Positions 34,950 through 50,440 of a stretch of DNA of 64,000 nucleotides are shown one piece after another; position 1 is the stretch's first letter; each line of letters starts with the position of its first letter. The position numbers and the translations under genes are program-made. A model generated the notes under the pieces. The model worked only from the letters and a program-made list of their open reading frames with translations. It was not told where the DNA came from and did no database searches. Origin of the DNA: Selaginella moellendorffii (Eukaryota; Plantae; Lycopodiophyta). Location of the stretch: assembly GCF_000143415.4 (NCBI RefSeq), contig NW_003314282.1:345700-409699 (forward strand), in the 5' to 3' direction.

Positions 34950-36330
34950 TTATAACTGGATTGCAAATTGTTATTTGTACAGGTGCCCAAATCATAGAAG
35001 AATATCTCAATGAATCTCCTCTCTTTACCATAATACATCTTTAATTATTTCTAATGTTTGAATAAGTCAGGATAATAAGATAAAAAAGGGCTTTACAATC
35101 AAGTGATCACCCTTTTAGCCAATTGGCTTAAGGTGTAAAGGATAAAATCTTAACATTGGCATGAGTGGGTAGAAATATTCATCATGGTGAAGGTTTAGTA
35201 AAACCATGGTGACTGTAAGGTGGTTTATGATTGCAAACTATCATTCCTTGCCAAGGGGAAGATTATTAGGCATCAGGTCAGAGTCATAAATTGCTGGATA
35301 TGTAAATTTTTTCTCACCCTACATTATGAAAATCTTTGTATCATAAATTGCTGGATATATAAATTTTTTCTCACTTATGAAAATCTTTGTATCCAGGGAA
35401 ATTATGAAAGTCTCTTTTTCTTACAACTAATTCTTCATTTCAAACTTGACCATTTGAAATCTCCTCTCACCTTTTTATCTATTCACTGCCACCTTTGACT
35501 CCTCATATCCCTCTACTTCTAAAGTTCATATACTTTTTTCCTCTAGTTTTGGAATTTTCATGATTCTTTTGTGGCTCATAATAATCTCCACAATCATTAA
35601 TGCTACTTATTTCCTCAATAATTGACGCTCTATTAGCAGAATCCCAAACACTTATCTGGGCTTTTTCTTATTCAATCCTTTTTTCCAAATAGCTCCTACT
35701 TTCATCCTTATCATATTTTCTCCTAATTTACAACCTTATTTATACCATAAAGGAATCTGTCTTACTTCATCTCTTCATAAAGAGGGTATTACTTTATTTT
35801 AACCCTACATTGATTTTTTATCTCCACCATGCTAAGAAAATCCTAATAGAAGGATGGAAATATTATATTATATGTTCACCTATTCCTCCTTCTATATTTA
35901 TTTTAATCTCTTGGTCACAAAATTTACATGTTTCCTCTCTTCATCCTTTAACCACTTTTTATCTTTTTTCCTTCATCTTTTAACCATTCTTTCTTTTTTT
36001 TCTTTTTCCTTATCTCTCTTCTTCCTCTCTTTATCCTTTAACCACTCTTTATTTCTCTTCATTTTTTAACCATTCTTTCTTTCTTTCTTTTTCTTTCTCT
36101 CTTCCTCTTCATCCTTTAACCACTCTTTATCTCTCTTCCCTCATCCTTAACCATTCTTTCTTTCTATTTTTTTTCTTTCCTAACCTCACAAGAGGAAGGA
36201 TGTTAAATGCTTAATATATATGATTTTGAAGTTGGGTAAAAATATACTTTGCTCAAGCATATATTATATTTTAAGTAGCCACTAATTAATGGGAATCGAA
36301 CTAATACCCCTGGCTCTAATACCATATGTA
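34950..36330 (-). mobile_element. Decayed LTR-retrotransposon 5' region (PBS + degenerate internal region)
   Basis: ggctctaatacca at ~36312-36324 is the reverse complement of TGGTATTAGAGCC, one mismatch from the tRNA-Met PBS; purine-rich minus-strand repeats at 35940-36170; no intact ORF. Confidence 0.4.
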
Positions 36331-38149
36331 GTGCACCCTACCTTTCTCCTTTTAAGTTAACTAGAAAATTTTAAACCAACTAAAAAAAAGACAATTACTT
36401 AATAAAAAAGCCCTTAATGGTTATTTTATCTCTATATATATATTCCCCAAAGCTACAGTGGTTATTTAAAGTATCTGCATTAGGTTCTTGAAATAATCCC
36501 TACCAATCCTTTATAAAACTACTTTGATATTACTACAAAACACTCTAAATGCCTTATCTTAGTCTGTTATAAATCCTCACACTATATATTCCTTGATTCT
36601 CTTATGAATTAAATGCTAATATAACCCAAATTCAAGCTAAAATCATATGCTGTGATGTATGTTGCCTCTACGTAACTAATATAACAACATTTTCGACAAT
36701 TTTCTTTTGATTTACCAATTCCATTGCCCTACTCACCTTAGGAATTTTGTTTCATAAAAGCAATTTTAGATTTCAAACTCAACCACCTGAGTCACCACTT
36801 TGCATATGAGTCATATAGTATATTTTTATATGATCCCTCAATTGAATCTTCAATTCTTCCATGAAATATTATTTTATGTGCCAATCAATGATAATGGATG
36901 GCTCTAATTGCATTGCAAGTTGACTTAGGGTATTAGCGAAAGTCCAAAATAGTCTCATTGTCCTTCTGAATCCTTGTTATAAACTCATGTAAAAGTCTTT
37001 GCCTATTTAAATTAAGGAACTAATTCCTAAACTTTTACTCAAACCAACTAAGTACAATTTTACATCCCTCTAGATAACCCAAGAATTATTCCTTTAAGGA
37101 ATTTTATTAGATTTCAGCTAGTCTAATGGACATTGCACTTCTAGCTTATAATAGTGTTTTGTTATAAAGGTCACCAACAAATTTTGATTTTTATCTAGTT
37201 TACTATCTCCCTTAAAGTTAGGCAATTTAAACTTGCTAAAGATAATGGCATTTTATTCACATGCAACAAAACCTTTTAAATTTCTAAACATCTTAGGAGG
37301 GTGAATGACTGGTCCTTTGTAAACAAACATTTCAAACATAAAACTATAAGTAGCCATGATATAAAAATCTTTCTTTTAGTGAACATTTTTATATCCAATT
37401 GATTCAGTTTTTTGCGCCCCAACCAAAATAAATACTCCCTTGTTAAGGGGTTTAGAAACAGCCCTCAAGTCCCCTTAACCCCCTTAGTCACAAACTATTT
37501 AATCACTAAGGCAAATATTTCTTTTTTTAATTATATCCTTTCTTCATATGCTTTTGTTTTTTTGACATTCTTATTATTGGAACTTTCCAAATAAATTGAT
37601 TATGATTTTTTGGCCTCCACAATCATTGCATCTACCTTAATAACCAAATTTCAAAAAACCCCCATGATTCTAACCATTTCCACTTCAAAGTACTTTTTAT
37701 TGTAACATTGTAAAATTGTTTCATCTAGAATCCATACCCTTTTCTTCTATTAAGATTTTTACTTTTGTGAATAAAGTAAAATCATTATGTAGTGGCTCCT
37801 CTTGATTGAGGAACTCAATGGGTTATTATTTCTTTACTTGGAACTCTTATTGACTTTATGCTTTTACATTATTATAAAAGCTCGTAATATAATTTGGTAG
37901 AATATTAGCTGGTGACATATGCCAGCTAAGTGAATTGAACAATTTCCCCTTTTTGGATGGTACAAACTACAAGAGTTTACATTCATGATTGAGTTATCAA
38001 GTATATATATTCCCATTTATTTATTCTTTTTATAATTTTCAAAATTTTTTATTTCTCTCATTATCATGTAATGATTAATTGCATATTTCTGATTTATTAC
38101 AATTAATTGATGGATAAGGTGGTTGTTTAGAATTTAAATATGTTTGGCC

Positions 38150-41100
38150 TTTTTTGGGAGCTATTCTACACTCTCCAAGCTCACACAGTGCTTAACAATA
38201 TCAACTATCTAATTTACATTCATTATTTGTTTCTATTTGTATATTCAAACTTTGAAAACAATTGAAATCATATTCTAATTAATGAGACTACATTAAGAAG
38301 TTTTCAAAAAAAATTAATACCATAATTTTTAGTGTTGAAATAAAGGTAGAGCAAGAAATTGAGCAACCCATTTTCTAGGATGTGAAAAATTTTCCTCCCC
38401 CAACCAATCCCTAAGCATGCATAATAAGTAAGGTTTAAATTCTCAATTACTAAATGTTATTGATTAAATGTTATCCTAGAAAGATTTAGGACTTCAAGAG
38501 GAGGTAACTAGATTCCTTTATTTTCTTTCTTTGCTACATAAAATAAATTTCTAAAGTAAGCTATTGGTATTTATTTACTCATACAGCATTTTATTAATTA
38601 TTATATTTTCATCATAATAAAGAGCATATAAACCAATAGCGTCGAGGTTTTAAAACTTACATACATATAAGATTTATTAATTATTTTCTCATCAAATTTT
38701 ATATTGACTCTCTTAAATCCTTTACAATGAATAAATGGAGAATGAAGAATATAAGCTGTTGGTAATGCTAGTATTTATTTAATCATAAATTTTTTCTCTT
38801 TTATTTTATAAATCTCTCATAATGAACAAAAGGAGGATGAACTTATAAGCTTGCCATGATGACACTTAACACTTGAGGATATAAATTTTGACACTCATAT
38901 ACTAATAAAGTAGCCAGTTATTCTAAACATAAAGATTCATATTTAATGTTTTCTTTTGTAAATCCTTTATAATGAGCAAATGGAGAATGCATCTGAGTAG
39001 TAAAAGAATGAATAAAAATGTTATTTATAAATAAATTTATAATAGATTTTATACTTATTATTTATTAAAATTTTATACAAGTGAAAAACAATGCATACTA
39101 ATAATTCAAGATGGTATGTATTGACCTCACACTCATTGAAGAATTATTATTTCTCATTATTATCTATGTCTTATGCATTCACCAATAGAAGCTAAACAAA
39201 ACAAAAAAATCTAGCTAAACATTTTATACAAATAAAAAAATGCAATACACTATTTTTGCATATCTTAAGTGGTTAGCCATGCTTTCAAGTAATATCTTTA
39301 TTATACATTTAAAAACTCTATAACATTAAAATATATTTGGATTTCATTTAGACTTATTCTACCCTTTTCACATTTCACATAATGACAATTTTAGAATGTT
39401 AGTTATCTTGTTTACATCCATTGTTATTTTTTCTCCACACCCTCAAAACAATTGAAGTTATGTTTCAATTGCGTTACAAAGTTTTCAAGAAAAATACTAA
39501 AACCTTAACTTTTATTACTAAGATAAAAACAAAATAAAAAATTGAGTAGCCCCTTCTCCAAAATGTGGAGAACCCTTCTCCCTCACTAAATACCTAGGTA
39601 TATATAGTAATAAAGTTTAAATTTATATTTGCCAAAAGCTACAGTAAATTCAAAAGGATTAATGCTAAAAAGATTTAAAGGTTCAGGAAGAAATAGCTAT
39701 ATTTTTTATTTCTTTTTTTGGCCAAGAAAAATTATTTTTTAAGGTAAACTATTGGCTTTTATTTACTCACAAATTTTCTTAGTCACTCTTCTGTTTGAAA
39801 ATCCTTCACAATAAGTAGTATTAAGAATAATAAAGTTGAAACAATAAAACTTACATAATAGTAAGTTTTATTAATTATTTTATTATGAAGCTTTATATTC
39901 ATTTTTGTAAATCCTTCATAATGAACAAATAAAGAATAAAAAATATAAGTTGTTGGTAATACTAATTTTTATTTAATCACATATTTTTATAATTTTATTT
40001 TTTACATCTTTTATAATGAGTAATGGAGGATGAGCCCTTAAGACAAAGGCTTTAATACTTACATGCTAAAAAAGTAGCTAATTATTTTACTCACAAGGCT
40101 TTATATTTAACTTATTTTTTTTATCTCTTTCATGATGAACAAATGGAGAATACTTTTAAGTAGCAAAAGAATGAATGAAAATGTTATTTGTAAGTTTTAT
40201 ACTCACTGTTGATTGAGATTCTATAGGTGAAAAATAGTCTACGCTAGTATCTCAAAATAGTATATATTGATTTTACCTTCATTGTGCAATTTTTATATCT
40301 TATTATTGTTTATATTTTTTACATTTACAAGTAGGAGTTAAAAAAAATGAAAAGATTAGTTATACTTTTCATATATTATATTTAAAAACCTCCATAACAT
40401 TAAAATATATTTAGATTCATTATGGAGCTATTTTACATTTTCCACAACTGACATAATAATAATTTAAAAATGTTAGATATTTAGGCTGCATTCATTATTG
40501 TTTTTATACTTGTGTCATGCAAACTTTGTAAACTTTGCAAGGAGGTAACTACATTTTTTTATTTCCTTTTTTTATTACAAAAAAATGATTCCGAAGTAAG
40601 TTATTTATTTATAAATTTTTTTATTCACTCTTTTGTTTTGTAAATCCTTCACAATGAGTGATGTTTATATTAGCTTTGAGAGTTATATGTAGTAAGTTTT
40701 GTTAGTTATTTGGTCACAAAACTTTATATCCACTTTCCTAAATCCTTAGTGAAGAATAAAAGTGAATTATATACTAGTAAATTATATTATGTTACAAAAC
40801 TTTATTTTCACTTTTGTAAATTCCTAATGAAGAATAAACAATAAAATTTTTTAAAAATATTATTTTTTAATCATAAAGTTTTAAACTATTTTGTTTTGTA
40901 AATCTTTCATTATAAGCGAGGGGAGGATAAACCCCTAACATTTCAAGACAAAAGACCAAGTAAGAATTTAGTGAACTACAAGAAAACTAAATAAAAATTA
41001 TTTAACAAAATTATTTAGTAAAATTAAATTTTTATCAAAACCATTAAAAACCAAGTGCATTCTCACTAGCACTTATAATCTAATTAAAAATATTCCAAAA

Positions 41101-42150
41101 ACACTTTTAACTTATTTTAAACATTATTAATCACTTCAAAAAAAGAGAAATCCCTAGCCTAACCCTTTTTTATTGTTTCTCTTATTTTGAAGCAGAAATA
41201 AATAATAATAATGAATGCAAATTAGATAGATAGCATTCTAAAATCATCATTATGCAAATTATGGAGAATGTAAGATAACATCAAAAAAAGTCCAAGCATA
41301 TTTAAATGATAGACCACCACCTTGTTGATAAATTCGTTATAATGAACCAAAGATAGTTAATTGATCACTGTATAATAAAGAGAAAATGTATACCAAAATT
41401 TTTGAGAATAAAAAAAAAGAATAAATAAACTGGAATGTATACCTAACATCTCAATCAAATTTGTGAACTCCACTTTTGAAGACATTCTCAACCATGTAGG
41501 GATTGAGAGAATAAAAAAGTTTTTGGCTGAAGGAAATATCTAAATAAAATAATGAATGCAAATTTTATTGCATTCTTACTTATATAAAGAATTTGGCGAA
41601 ATTTTTTACTTTATTTGGCTGCTATTAGTGAATGTAAAAGATTTAGACAATAGTGATAAAAAATAAACATTAAATAAGTGTGAAGTCAATATATACCATC
41701 TTGAAACACTAGTATGTGTCATTCTCCATTTATGAAATGTCAATAAATAATGAATATATAAATTAATATAACTTTACTTACAAATAGTATTTTTTCTCAT
41801 TCTTTTGCTACTCAAAGGCATTCTCCACTTTCCTATCATAAGAAATTTACAAAAAAAAACATTAAATATAAAGTTTTATGAGTAAAATAACTAATATCTA
41901 AATGTTAAAGTCTTTATTATTACGTTCTAGAGGCTTATCCTCCCCTTACTCATCATAAAAATTTATAAAGTAAAATAATGAAAAGTTTTGTGATTAAATA
42001 AAAACTTAACATTACCAATAGTTTATATTCCTTATTCTCCACTTAAATGAGGGGAGGGTTCTCCACATCCTAAATAAAGGATCATTCTGCCTCCATTTCA
42101 ACACTAGAAACTAGGTTTTAGTGTTTCTTTGAAAACTTTTTGATACAAAT
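38150..42150. repeat. AT-rich ~1.1-kb diverged tandem units (~38160, ~39350, ~40425 partial) plus an inverted copy at ~41640-42150
   Basis: Recurrent aaatcctt.a.aatga..aaatggagaat and ctatt.tac; 41678-41720 is the reverse complement of 39090-39132. Confidence 0.7.
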
Positions 42151-42889
42151 TTTAATGCAATAGAAATAAATAAATATTACTTCACAAAATTGCTCAAGGA
42201 TTTTCTATTGCTATGAGTTACAACCAAAATTCTCTAAAAAATTTCAAATCTTACTAAAACCAAATGCAATTTCACTAATACTCTATCTCTTCATTACTCA
42301 CTTGGGGGTTTGGGCCCTTAATCAGGTACATATGCAATTCCTACCCAAAGGTCTCCAAAATTATATTTATTAAAAACTTTTACCAATCAAGAAAAGATGG
42401 CATCCTATTCCTAACTTGCAAGATTTAATTGGTTTGCAACTATCATTTGAATTTAATAGGATTTTTGCTAAAACCAAGGCTAAAAGGCACTTTACCATGT
42501 AGATTCTATTATGTGCATTTCAACAAGAATCTAATGAGCTATGAGTATTGCCAACCATAAGCTATAACCAAAACTCTTCACTAATCTGAACATTTATAAT
42601 CTCCTCACTAAGAATACTCCAAAAACACTTTTAAACATTGTTAAACATTTGTAAATGCTGTTGTCACCCTCTTTTTATTGTAGGCTCTCCAACTGATTTC
42701 ATCTATATCTTTATTGTCCTTGAGTATAGATCACTCCCAAAAAATATCTATGCATCTCTATATCACACCTTAAATGCTATGTCAATCAAAACATGACTTT
42801 TGATTGTTTCCAAAGTGAGGCCCAACCTAACCATTTCTATCGCTATCCTCCTCCTTATATCTCCTACTCCCATGTTGGGTAAAGCATTC

Positions 42890-43395
42890 CATTGGCCGAT
42901 ATCTACAAGGCCTGGAATCTTGGTTGCAACTGGATTATGTTCCTCTGTATGGGTTTTATATGGCTACCATACATTCCCCTCAGCGATCTTCTCTGTAGCG
43001 ATTATGTATATTTTGTTTGGTCGAAAGAAAACGTACACATAACGTGTGTTCCATAATGACCACAAATCAATGGGTGGTGCTTCCGCTGCTATGCTGTGGA
43101 CTTTTCACTCCTTTCCTGGTATGATGGGGTTGGAGTGTTCGCGTTCATCGTGATTTCCATGGGGGTTCTTTTAGTTTGGCCACCATGGCAAGTACAAGCC
43201 CTTGTACTTGTGGGATCAATTTTCTACGCAGGGCTGCTTCATTTCTACATGTTACAGTCTCCACTTGAACTTCTATGGGTGGTTTTCCAGCAGACCTTGA
43301 TGTTGACAAACAGCTTGCTGTGATGCAAGAGAGCGCCATTCAAGCTTTGAGGGAGTTTGCTGAGGCAACAGGGAATGCTTTACCCAAGAATTTAC
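42890..43395 (+). pseudogene. Half-MFS family pseudogene
   Basis: LADIYKAWNLGCNWIM, FGRKKTYT*, TNQWVVLP, FYMLQSPLE, QESAIQALREFAEATGNALPKN with deletions. Confidence 0.8.
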
Positions 43396-43621
43396 TCAAG
43401 AAACGTGCACGATATGCTTAGCTCATAGTTGAGTTGGTTGCAAGTAATCCTTAAGAAATCCATTCTTCCTAGTGAGAATTTGTAGTTTTAAAATATTATG
43501 TGAATTTATATAAAGCTGACAAATATCCTCTTGGTCAAAGTCCACGCATGGCGACGAAAGCTTGGACCAGGACAGTGTGCTGCTTAACACAGTCTTGGGT
43601 TTGTTTGTTCGCTTGTCCTCG

Positions 43622-45536
43622 ATGGCTGGAGGATCTCTTCTCGCTCCATCGCTCGCAAATAGGCAGATCAATTACAAGGGTCGCACTACCATTCCGGTGT
43701 TGCTAGCTTGCATCGCGGCTGCCAGCGGAGGTTTGATATTTGGATATGACATTGGAATCTCAGGTATAGAAGAGGTTTTTACTTATTGCAAGTTCTACAG
43801 ATCTGCTCTCTCTCCCTCTCCCTCTCTGTTTTTTTTTTCTAGGTGGTGTTATTGCCATGGACGATTTTCTCATCAAGTTTTTCCCCACTGTCTATGTCCG
43901 CAAGCACGCTGCCCATGAGAACAATTACTGTAAGTATGACAACCAAGGTCTCCAGGCATTCACATCCTCGCTCTATCTCGCGGCTCTTTTTGCGAGCTTT
44001 GGAGCTTCCTACGTGACGAGCAACAAGGGGCGACGCCCAACAATGCTAATTGGTGGCCTCAGCTTTCTCGTTGGAGCGGCTCTCAATGCTGCCGCAGAGA
44101 ATTTGGCGATGCTTATCATCGGCCGGATGATGCTGGGTGTTGGAGTCGGCTTTGGAAATCAGGCATGAGACTCCCTTTTTGTTTTCATTCTTTTATCTTC
44201 GTCACAAACTTACAAAGGTTTGCATTTTTCTTCGCAGGTAAGCTTGATCTATGTTCTTGGTTTTTTTGGACAGAGCTAAAGTTCTGGTAAAGGAAGATTA
44301 ACCATGCGGTTTTCTCCTCCAGGTAAGACTGCATTGGGATGAAACATTTTAACTTCAAAGGGAACTTCATCATAGAGAACGAAAACAGTCTTTTATTTAT
44401 TTTTTTCTTTTTGTTGCCAGTCAGTACCAGTCTACTTATCAGAGATGGCACCACCAAAACTTCGCGGTGGTCTCAACATAATGTTCCAGCAAGCCGTCAA
44501 CTTTGGGATCTTGTGTGCGAATCTCATCAACTATGGCACTGCTAATCTCCAGCCCTGGGGATGGAGACTTTCGCTCGGCCTTGCGGCAGTCCCAGCATCG
44601 CTCCTCACCCTTGCGGCCATTTTCCTCTCCGACACTCCAAACAGCCTGATTGAGCGAGGCCATCTCGAGCAAGGGAAATCAGTCCTCCAGAAAATCCGAG
44701 GAACTCCAGACGTGGAGGCCGAGTTCCAGGATCTGGTGGAAGCCAGCAGAGTTGCGTCGACGATCAAGGATCCATTTCTTAGCATCTTTCGCCGGAAGAA
44801 CAGGCCCCAGCTCACAATGGCCGTGCTCATTCCATACTTTCAGCAAGTCACAGGCATCAATGTTATAACTTTCTACGCTCCGGTGTTGTTCCAGTCGATC
44901 GGGTTCCACAGCAATGCCTCGCTCTACTCGGCAGTGATCACGGGATTGATGCTGATCATTGGAACTGGAATCTCGATCTTCACGGTTGACAAGTTTGGCC
45001 GGAGAGTTCTCTTTCTCCATGGAGGAATTCTTATGTTTATTGGCCAGGTAAGTCATGATCGATCACAGTACTTACAAATGTTTCCAATGATTTTCAAGGT
45101 TGTCACTGGACTGGTTCTAGCATTCGAGTTCAAGGGGAACGAAGAGCTCTCTCGGGGATTTGCAGTTGTGATTTTGGTGGTGACATGCGTTTACGTGGTT
45201 TCTTTCGCGTGGTCTTGGGGACCTCTGGGATGGCTGGTTCCCAGCGAAGTTTTCGCTCTTGAGACGAGATCTGCTGGTCAATGCATCACCGTCGCAGTAA
45301 ACATGCTCTTCACCTTTGCGGTCGCGCAATCTTTTCTCTCGATGTTTTGCCACTTCAGGTTTGGGATCTTCTTGTTCTTCGCGGGCTGGGTGGTGGTCAT
45401 GACGCTCTTCGTGCATTTCTTCTTGCCCGAGACGAAGAAAGTCCCAATCGAGGAAATGCAGCAAGAGTGGAGCAAGCACTGGTACTGGCGTCGATTTGCT
45501 CAAGAACAAGAAAACCAAGATGATTCCAAGCCGTAG
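43622..45536 (+). CDS. STP: Monosaccharide/H+ symporter (sugar transport protein family); 4 exons
   Basis: [31 protein letters not shown]|[47 protein letters not shown]; intron 2 (44163-44420) begins with GC. Confidence 0.93.
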
Positions 45537-45788
45537 TGGAGGAATTTGATCGCCAAGAGAAAAGAATAATTTAATAGTCAACGCAGTCTTGTTTGACGGG
45601 TAGAAATAGTTGACGAGCCACAAAGCTTTGACTAAATCCATGGAGAATTTCCTTACTAGAAGAGAAGAGAGGTAGGGCGAGGAAGGCGAGAGGGAGAGGA
45701 GTGAGAGATTTGGATCGGGGGGGAATTCTTGCTTGTCTAGGAGGCTTTGGAGCGCGCATTTTCGATCCAGCGCCATAGTCGATCCACC

Positions 45789-48028
45789 ATGGCCGCCATG
45801 ATGCAGATGGGTTCGTCGATCTTGGCGCAATGCAGCAGCTCCGAGGCTGGGAATCAAAATCGGTCGCAAACGGATGGAGCAGCTGGGTTGCGAGTTTCCA
45901 GGCTAGAGTGCGCGAGGCTGAGCGCGTCGGGGAGGCACTCCACGAGTAGGTCATCCTCGCACAGGAGATTGGGTGAGAGGATAACCTGCGCAAAAGAGCG
46001 ATAGATTTGATATTCTTTCTCTTTGGCAGAAGTTCGTGCTGGTGTGGGAAATACTTTTGGAAATCTCTTCCGCGTTACCACTTTCGGTGAGTCTCACGGT
46101 GGAGGAGTTGGATGTGTCATCGATGGATGCCCTCCGAGGCTCAATCTCACCGAGGAAGATATGCAAGAGGATCTAGACAGAAGGTATGTTCTTTCTTTCT
46201 TCCTTTTGCTTTGAGTTCTTTGTGTGTAGTTCTTCATTTTATTCGTTGTTACTTCTTGTTACTCTTTGTGTGTTCTTTGTATGTTCGTTGTTTGTGATGA
46301 ACTACTATGTTCTTTGTGTCTTCATTGTATGTTTTGGGAGCTTTGCTTATTCTCTTCGTGTTTTAACGAACAGGAGGCCGGGCCAAAGTCGGATCACAAC
46401 TCCAAGAAAAGAAACAGACACTTGCAAAATTCTCTCTGGTGTGGCACAAGGTAATGTAGCTTCTTGTGTTTCCATTTGTTTCTTTTCTTCTCTAAGTGTA
46501 CCAATCTCTTTCTCATAGGAATGACACTGGGGACTCCTATTGCTGTTCTGGTTCCAAACACGGATCAACGTGGAGGAGTAAGTTTTCGTTAATGGAAGAA
46601 ACACTGGAGCTTAATGTGCGGTGTTTTTCTGCAGGATTACTCAGAGATGGCTCTAGCTTATCGGCCATCTCATGCAGATGCTACTTACGACTTCAAGTAT
46701 GGAATTCGAGCTGTCCAGGTTAATCCAAACTTTTCTTTGCAACATCTCTCGGGGTGTTAAGCTTAAAGTCTTTTTCAGGGTGGAGGAAGATCATCGGCCC
46801 GAGAAACAATTGGAAGAGTAGCAGCGGGGGCAATCGCAAAGAAGTTACTCAAACAGCAATGTGGAACCGAGGTACAGGAAAAAGAGAGGAAGAAAGAGTG
46901 AAAGGATTTACAAACGACATTTTATTTTCCTTCTTACTAGGTGCTAGCTTATGTGTCAAGAGTTCATCAAGTTGAGCTTCCCGAAGGAGCAATCGACCAT
47001 GACAACTTGACGCTAGAACAAGTACTAATTTGTGCTTTTATATTTCCTTGGCGTTCTCAAGTTTCGTGATTCCAGGTCGAGAGCAACATCGTGAGGTGCC
47101 CGGATCAAGATATGGCGGAAAAGATGATCGCTGCCATCGACGCTGTGAGAGTGAGGGGAGATTCCGTGGGAGGAGTCGTCACTTGCATTGCTAGAAACGT
47201 TCCTCGGGTAAGAAATCTTCTTCTGCATTCACGCAAGTTTATATGATTCAAGCTTTTTTCTACTTTCAGGGACTTGGAACTCCAGTTTTTGACAAGCTAG
47301 AAGCCGAGCTCGCCAAGGCTCTCATGTCTTTGCCTGCCACCAAAGGCTTTGAGATTGGAAGTGGCTTTGAAGGTAACACGAGAGCGCTTTTTACAAAAGT
47401 TTACAATGGTTGTGAACTTTTCTTGCAGGAACTAAAATGACAGGCAGCGAACACAATGATGAGTTCTACATTGACGAAATTGGTAACGTAAGAACACGTA
47501 CAAATCGATCTGGTGGCATCCAGGTACGTGGAACTATAATCTACTGACTTCCTCTGCTTCTTTTTTTCTAAACTTGCGAACAATTTATGCAGGGAGGAAT
47601 TTCAAATGGAGAGACGATAGTGATGAGAATAGCATTCAAGCCGACGTCTACAATCACTGTAAGTTCTCTTTCGTCATGAATTCTCACTGCGCTGGCATTG
47701 ATTTCGTTTGCTTGCTTGCTTCTCGCAGAAATTCCAAAAGACTGTAACGAGAGACCGGCAAGAAACCGAGCTGAGAGCTCGTGGTCGTCATGATCCCTGC
47801 GTCGTTCCTCGAGGTAACCTCCAGGAATCCTTTCTCCTCTTGTGAATGCTCATCGATCGATTTCTTGCAGCTGTTCCAATGGTGGAGGCGATGGTGGCCC
47901 TGGTTCTCGCGGATCAGCTCCTCCAAAACTACGCTCAGTGCCAGTTTCTCCCTCTCGATCCAGTCTTGCAAAGCTCCAAACTCGCCGCCAATCCACCGGA
48001 GGAAGAACCAGCAGCAGCCCACGCGTGA
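45789..48028 (+). CDS. aroC: Chorismate synthase, plastid-targeted; ~13 exons
   Basis: Ser/Arg-rich transit peptide; [63 protein letters not shown]. Confidence 0.96.
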
Positions 48029-48107
48029 TCGTCTCCCCCTTGTCAAATTTTTTTAAACTTGAAATTGAGCGCCAATTTTTTCCAAAAGGAACTTTAGGAA
48101 TGGGTGG

Positions 48108-48130
48108 GACACGTGGCGGAATTTAGGGTT
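48108..48130 (+). promoter_or_regulatory. ABRE/G-box (GACACGTGGC) and telo-box-like TTAGGGTT upstream of CDPK
   Basis: Motifs within the 152-nt gap between the CS stop and the CDPK ATG. Confidence 0.5.
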
Positions 48131-48180
48131 CTTAAGATTGCTCGCTAGGGCTTTAGAAGAGAATGTGGTGTAGCTAAGAA

Positions 48181-50278
<2,098 letters not shown>

Positions 50279-50440
50279 CTGACAATTTTCACGTCGATAG
50301 GTGTTCGTTACAGGATCAGGATCAGATATTTTTTCTTCTTTTTTGGCCGACGGAAGAGCTCGAAGCTTTGGTTTGTAGATACAGGTTCTTTTCCGTTCTT
50401 TGTTGATTTCGGTTTTAATCAAGCTGCAGCAATGCGATTG

